A DNA stretch of 63,818 nt, the filler included, from Salisapilia sapeloensis CBS 127946 (Eukaryota > Protista > Oomycota), in NCBI GenBank assembly GCA_023334545.1. It is 9 parts of 9 records of this genome, joined end to end, with 100 filler letters (N's around TTAATTAATTAA, not from the genome) between each part and the next. Parts side by side here need not be neighbours in the genome. Positions count along the whole stretch, not along the records: positions 60,076 to 61,645 come from JAADVB010001104.1; positions 61,746 to 63,818 come from JAADVB010000966.1; 7 more parts are not named here. One strand, given 5' to 3'. The notes beneath the pieces are model-generated. The model ran no database searches, had not been told where the DNA came from, and was given only the letters and a program-made list of their open reading frames with translations. This document shows positions 60,217-63,818 of the stretch, one piece after another (positions within the stretch are counted from its first letter, which is position 1; the number at the start of each line of letters is the position of its first letter). Position numbers and translations under genes: made by a program.

Positions 60217-61504
60217 AGTTTAGACATTTGACTCTTTTGTCGTCTTTAAAGATGATTAATGTTTGTAGTTAGATTTCGAAACTTACTAGCTAGGTACATG
60301 AGTCTTGCAAGCTAAAGGAGCATCACTCGGGAGTGTAAAGACTTTTGTCGTTTTCTCAAGTCGACAACACGCCACTCTGGTTATCTGGTAGAAAGTATTT
60401 GTACAGCTTGAGGCAACCATATGCAGTTCACGATGGAATGGGCAACATAGACTAGCAACGGTAGCATATTGATCCATGACTTCCGCCATTCGGCAGGTAC
60501 CCTTTAGTGAAACAGTGTCGACTGACACAGAGGACAACAGCTTGCATCTCACACCTGTCTCTAGATAGGAGAATCCATTAGGATTCTAAAGGGTTCAATT
60601 CAATTCAATTTTTTACAAAAAGAATCTTGAGGGCGTGTTCATGGTAGTTAGTATTCAATTTAAACTCGGCACTAGTTTTTTAAAACCACATCATATTCGC
60701 GTTGGGTAGGGCTGAATTGTATTAAAAATTTACTAACTGTTGTTACTTTCTGAGATGCGTTTATCTTATTTCGTATGCCAGAAAATGGTCGCGACCAGTT
60801 TGTTATAGAAAGTGGTTTTGAACCGGTTTAAATTAAATTTTACCACGGATTGGGCCAGTTTAAGCTCAAATGGACACGGCCAATAAATTCTTTGATACAA
60901 AAATCTTTTGTCGTTGTTATCGGATCATCTTTTGGCAAAAATTATATCAAGGAATGCGCCTCTGAAGTGCATCTTTCGAGCGATTGTTTGCCAAGATAGT
61001 TTTATGTTTACTTGTCAAAGTTGATACACTAATTTTAAGAGCCAAATATATTTTAGGAGGTGAGCCTTTCGAAAGATTGCGCAGGTTGACAGACACGTCA
61101 ACAACACACAGGAATGTGGTGCATGGACACATGGACTTTACCGTGCGATTTTACTAGTCTAAGACATCGTCATGGAGCATAGAGACATATCAGTGCTTCG
61201 ACTTTAAGCAAGGCACGTGTATGGACGACTAAATTAGCACAAGGAGTCAATGCGGACATAGGAAATGAGCTAGATATCTGGTAAAATTGAAAATAAAGAA
61301 TCGATTTCGTTGTTATTTTCTACTACATACTTGACAAGTACGCATTGGAGTCCTCAACTACCGTCTTCCACGAGAACTTACGACGCTTGCTTGGGTTTAA
61401 TACGGATATAAATGTCGGCATGCTGCTTGTGAGGGACAATTGACCAGCATAGCCGACAGGTGTGATTTCTCAGCAGAATACAAAGGTAGCTTAGAACTGA
61501 AAGC

Positions 61505-61645
61505 CCTTGTAATCGATACTGTCATCTCCCGAGTAATTTCTTCCCAGAAATTGCAAAATGTGAAACCCTTATTATTAAGCGTCCCTTCACTGCGAAACTT
61601 TATCCAGTTCTAACATTACCTTGCCTCACGCGTTCTCTTGCTTGT
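61505..61645 (-). repeat. Right arm of a perfect 141-bp terminal inverted repeat
   Basis: ccttgtaatcg...cgttctcttgcttgt mirrors 60076-60216; both arms abut gaps. Confidence 0.97.
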
Positions 61646-61745
61646 NNNNNNNNNNNNNNNNNNNNNNNNNNNNNNNNNNNNNNNNNNNNTTAATTAATTA
61701 ANNNNNNNNNNNNNNNNNNNNNNNNNNNNNNNNNNNNNNNNNNNN

Positions 61746-62735
61746 ACGAGAGAGCATCTCGTCCTGCGACATGGCAGACCGAAGACGCACATCTCCTGAG
61801 CCAGCGATCGACAGCTTGCTCTTCTTCACACCAATCGTGTCTTTCGTCAGGATGTCGACGTTGCCAGCTCCTGCCACGGCAATTTTCAACTGATGCGCGT
61901 GAATCGAGTTCGCGACACACTGAACGCGACCTCCCCCAGCGACCGCAATGGCGAATTTGTTGTCGAGTCGGATAGTTTGAGCTATCAGATACACTTCACC
62001 ACATCCGATAATGGCTAGACGAAAGTCCTTAAGATGAATGAGCTGAGCCGTATGGAGGTAGAGCTTGGCTCCTTTCAAAACGTTCACTTTCGCTTGAACA
62101 TGAGTCTTGTCCATGACCAACACTGAGTCCTCCATCACAACGTCGCAAGACGAGTGGATCTCAATGTGCTGCAATGAGTTAGGATCAGGCAGCTCTATCT
62201 CTGTCAATAGATGCCCCTTGATGGGTTGACCATACGTCGCCGTGTCCTTGTCTGGATCCTGAGATGTAGTGGACTCGTTCGATCGGATGTACGTGACCAA
62301 GAGCTCGTTCGAGCTATCAGAAGTGACATTGATATTCTGGAGAGTGGACGCTGAGGAACTCGAGACGCGGACTTTGACCGCAGTCTTTTCATTAATACCT
62401 GTATGCGGATCTGAGGCATTATCTTCATCAGGCCCATCGGTCTCCGGTGTGCCGACATCGCTTCCAGACCCCGTCTCGAATTTCTTATAAGTCACATACA
62501 CCAAGCCAGGTACATTGATCTGCAGACGCTCGAGCAGATCGGAAGGAGCATCGACATAAAAGGTTTTCTGGGCCGACTGGGTCTCGGCGCGTGGTTTCTT
62601 TGGTTCAACAATCTCTGTTGACCGCATGATGGTAGCGCTTGTATCGTTTCCACATAAAACCATCGTTCTTGCTTTCTGTTGCTGTGTAGCGGGAAAAAGA
62701 CGAAATGATACTTGAGTCATGCCGAGCAGGGACAT
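61746..62735 (-). CDS. GIN domain (DUF2807, autotransporter adhesin head-like) protein, 3'-truncated
   Basis: Beta-solenoid repeats IAVAGGGRV, IAVAGAGNV and LSIAGSGDV. Confidence 0.8.
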
Positions 62736-63818
62736 GTGCGATATGCATATACAAAAAATAAGTCAATCTGATCCTAGGAAATTTGACAGCGAAAATTTAC
62801 CATGTCGGTCGTTTCGCGGCTCCACCTACACTTTTTAGGATACACAAGTCTGGTCGGAAGGCAAATGACGGTTGAAGGAGAGACGTTCGTTTCAGTCGAA
62901 AGATAGGGATCGATGAGCGAAGGCGTACATGCTACGTGGGCTTGTATCGCTTAGCACATGAAGGAAATCATGTCAATTTGGATGGATACATTTGCTGTCA
63001 GCTACACCATATCCTTGACACCTCCCGATATATCGCATGCTGCATTGCTATCAAGTCGATCGGGTCCTTCAAGACGTCAAGCTCAAGCGGCACTACCATC
63101 ATTCTGAAATTTTCCTCTTCCGATGTATTCTCAATCCAGACGCCTCTTCGCCAATGAATGGGACAACAGTTGCACCAGCGAGTCAATCTTGTATATCCCC
63201 TTGGCTTCGAAGCTGCTGAAATGATCTCCAACATCAGCTTTTGAAGTAGAGCTGGGTAAGATCAATTCTTTTCGAACCTTTTTAATTTTAGCTTGAGAAA
63301 TTTGACTTCTATGTTGAAAGATCTAAACAAAAATTTAAATTTAAATATAGTTGATGCTGTACGAGACTGCTCAAGTGAGTAGGTTCCTTTGTAGGGCCAG
63401 CATATTTCCTACGGGAGTGGATACACATCGATATCTACGTCAATTTGACGTTGCTCATATAGCGTATTGTTGAGCTTGATTTGCAAGCTGTAGTAGACAC
63501 AATTCAAGAGATTCTTAATAATCTACTTTTGCACAGCACAATTATCGTTTAATAATTTTACTGCTTCTTACGAATGGATAAACTAGGGAGTGGAAACAAA
63601 ACACTCTACGTATGTTTTATTCAGTCGTAGACATACGCTAACAGAAGACGATTAAATGGATTCGACAGCCTGACACTTTGGTGTCTCGGTAGCCTGGAAA
63701 TGTGTATCTGCCACAGGTTTGTCGGATGTCCACGATTCGACATCTTTGCCCTTGGGCTCGTATCCAAAGACCAGGACGATGATAGAGATGGCCACCAAGA
63801 CACCACCAAAGACCCACA

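Noticed and set aside
58072-61645. The Crypton recombinase as the invertase acting on the inverted-repeat segment
   Set aside because: This copy has two stop codons and is separated from the segment by artificial gaps.
62900-63818. Degenerate coding-like fragments at the end of the window
   Set aside because: Multiple stops in all frames and no family motif recognised.
1-63818. CRISPR arrays, rRNA, tRNA or prokaryotic defence systems
   Set aside because: None seen; the DNA is intron-containing eukaryotic sequence.

Overview
Eukaryotic DNA from an oomycete (Pythiales/Peronosporales-like; the species cannot be determined). Evidence: short GT..AG introns, oomycete INR/FPR promoter elements and oomycete-typical gene families. 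The window is nine contigs joined by artificial 100-nt spacers (N44-TTAATTAATTAA-N44), so adjacency across gaps is unverified. It begins with a ~2.4 kb very AT-rich, CpG-poor non-coding block. A gene-sparse stretch follows with an inactive trypsin-like (GIP-like) secreted protein and an orphan small secreted protein. The compact GC-rich gene blocks contain a MATE transporter, a 7TM receptor-INPP4 phosphatase fusion, EMC4, ERGIC3, a KIX-LRR protein, a P5 ATPase with a signal peptide/ectodomain, an Argonaute C-terminus with His>Asn at the catalytic position, a myosin with a SHOCT/Zn-ribbon/PX/GAT tail, SARNP, PLRG1, a PDK-like kinase, a DUF3712 protein, an STK11IP-like LRR protein, a USP-like N-terminus, a multi-exon methyltransferase-like gene, a START-like protein, RNase H1, MDP-1 and ISN1. 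Also present are a DUF3160 pseudogene, a Crypton tyrosine-recombinase relic, a duplicated TKL-type ectodomain, a GIN adhesin-like gene and a 1.57 kb contig bounded by perfect 141-bp inverted repeats. All family calls come from motif recognition by eye; no searches were run.
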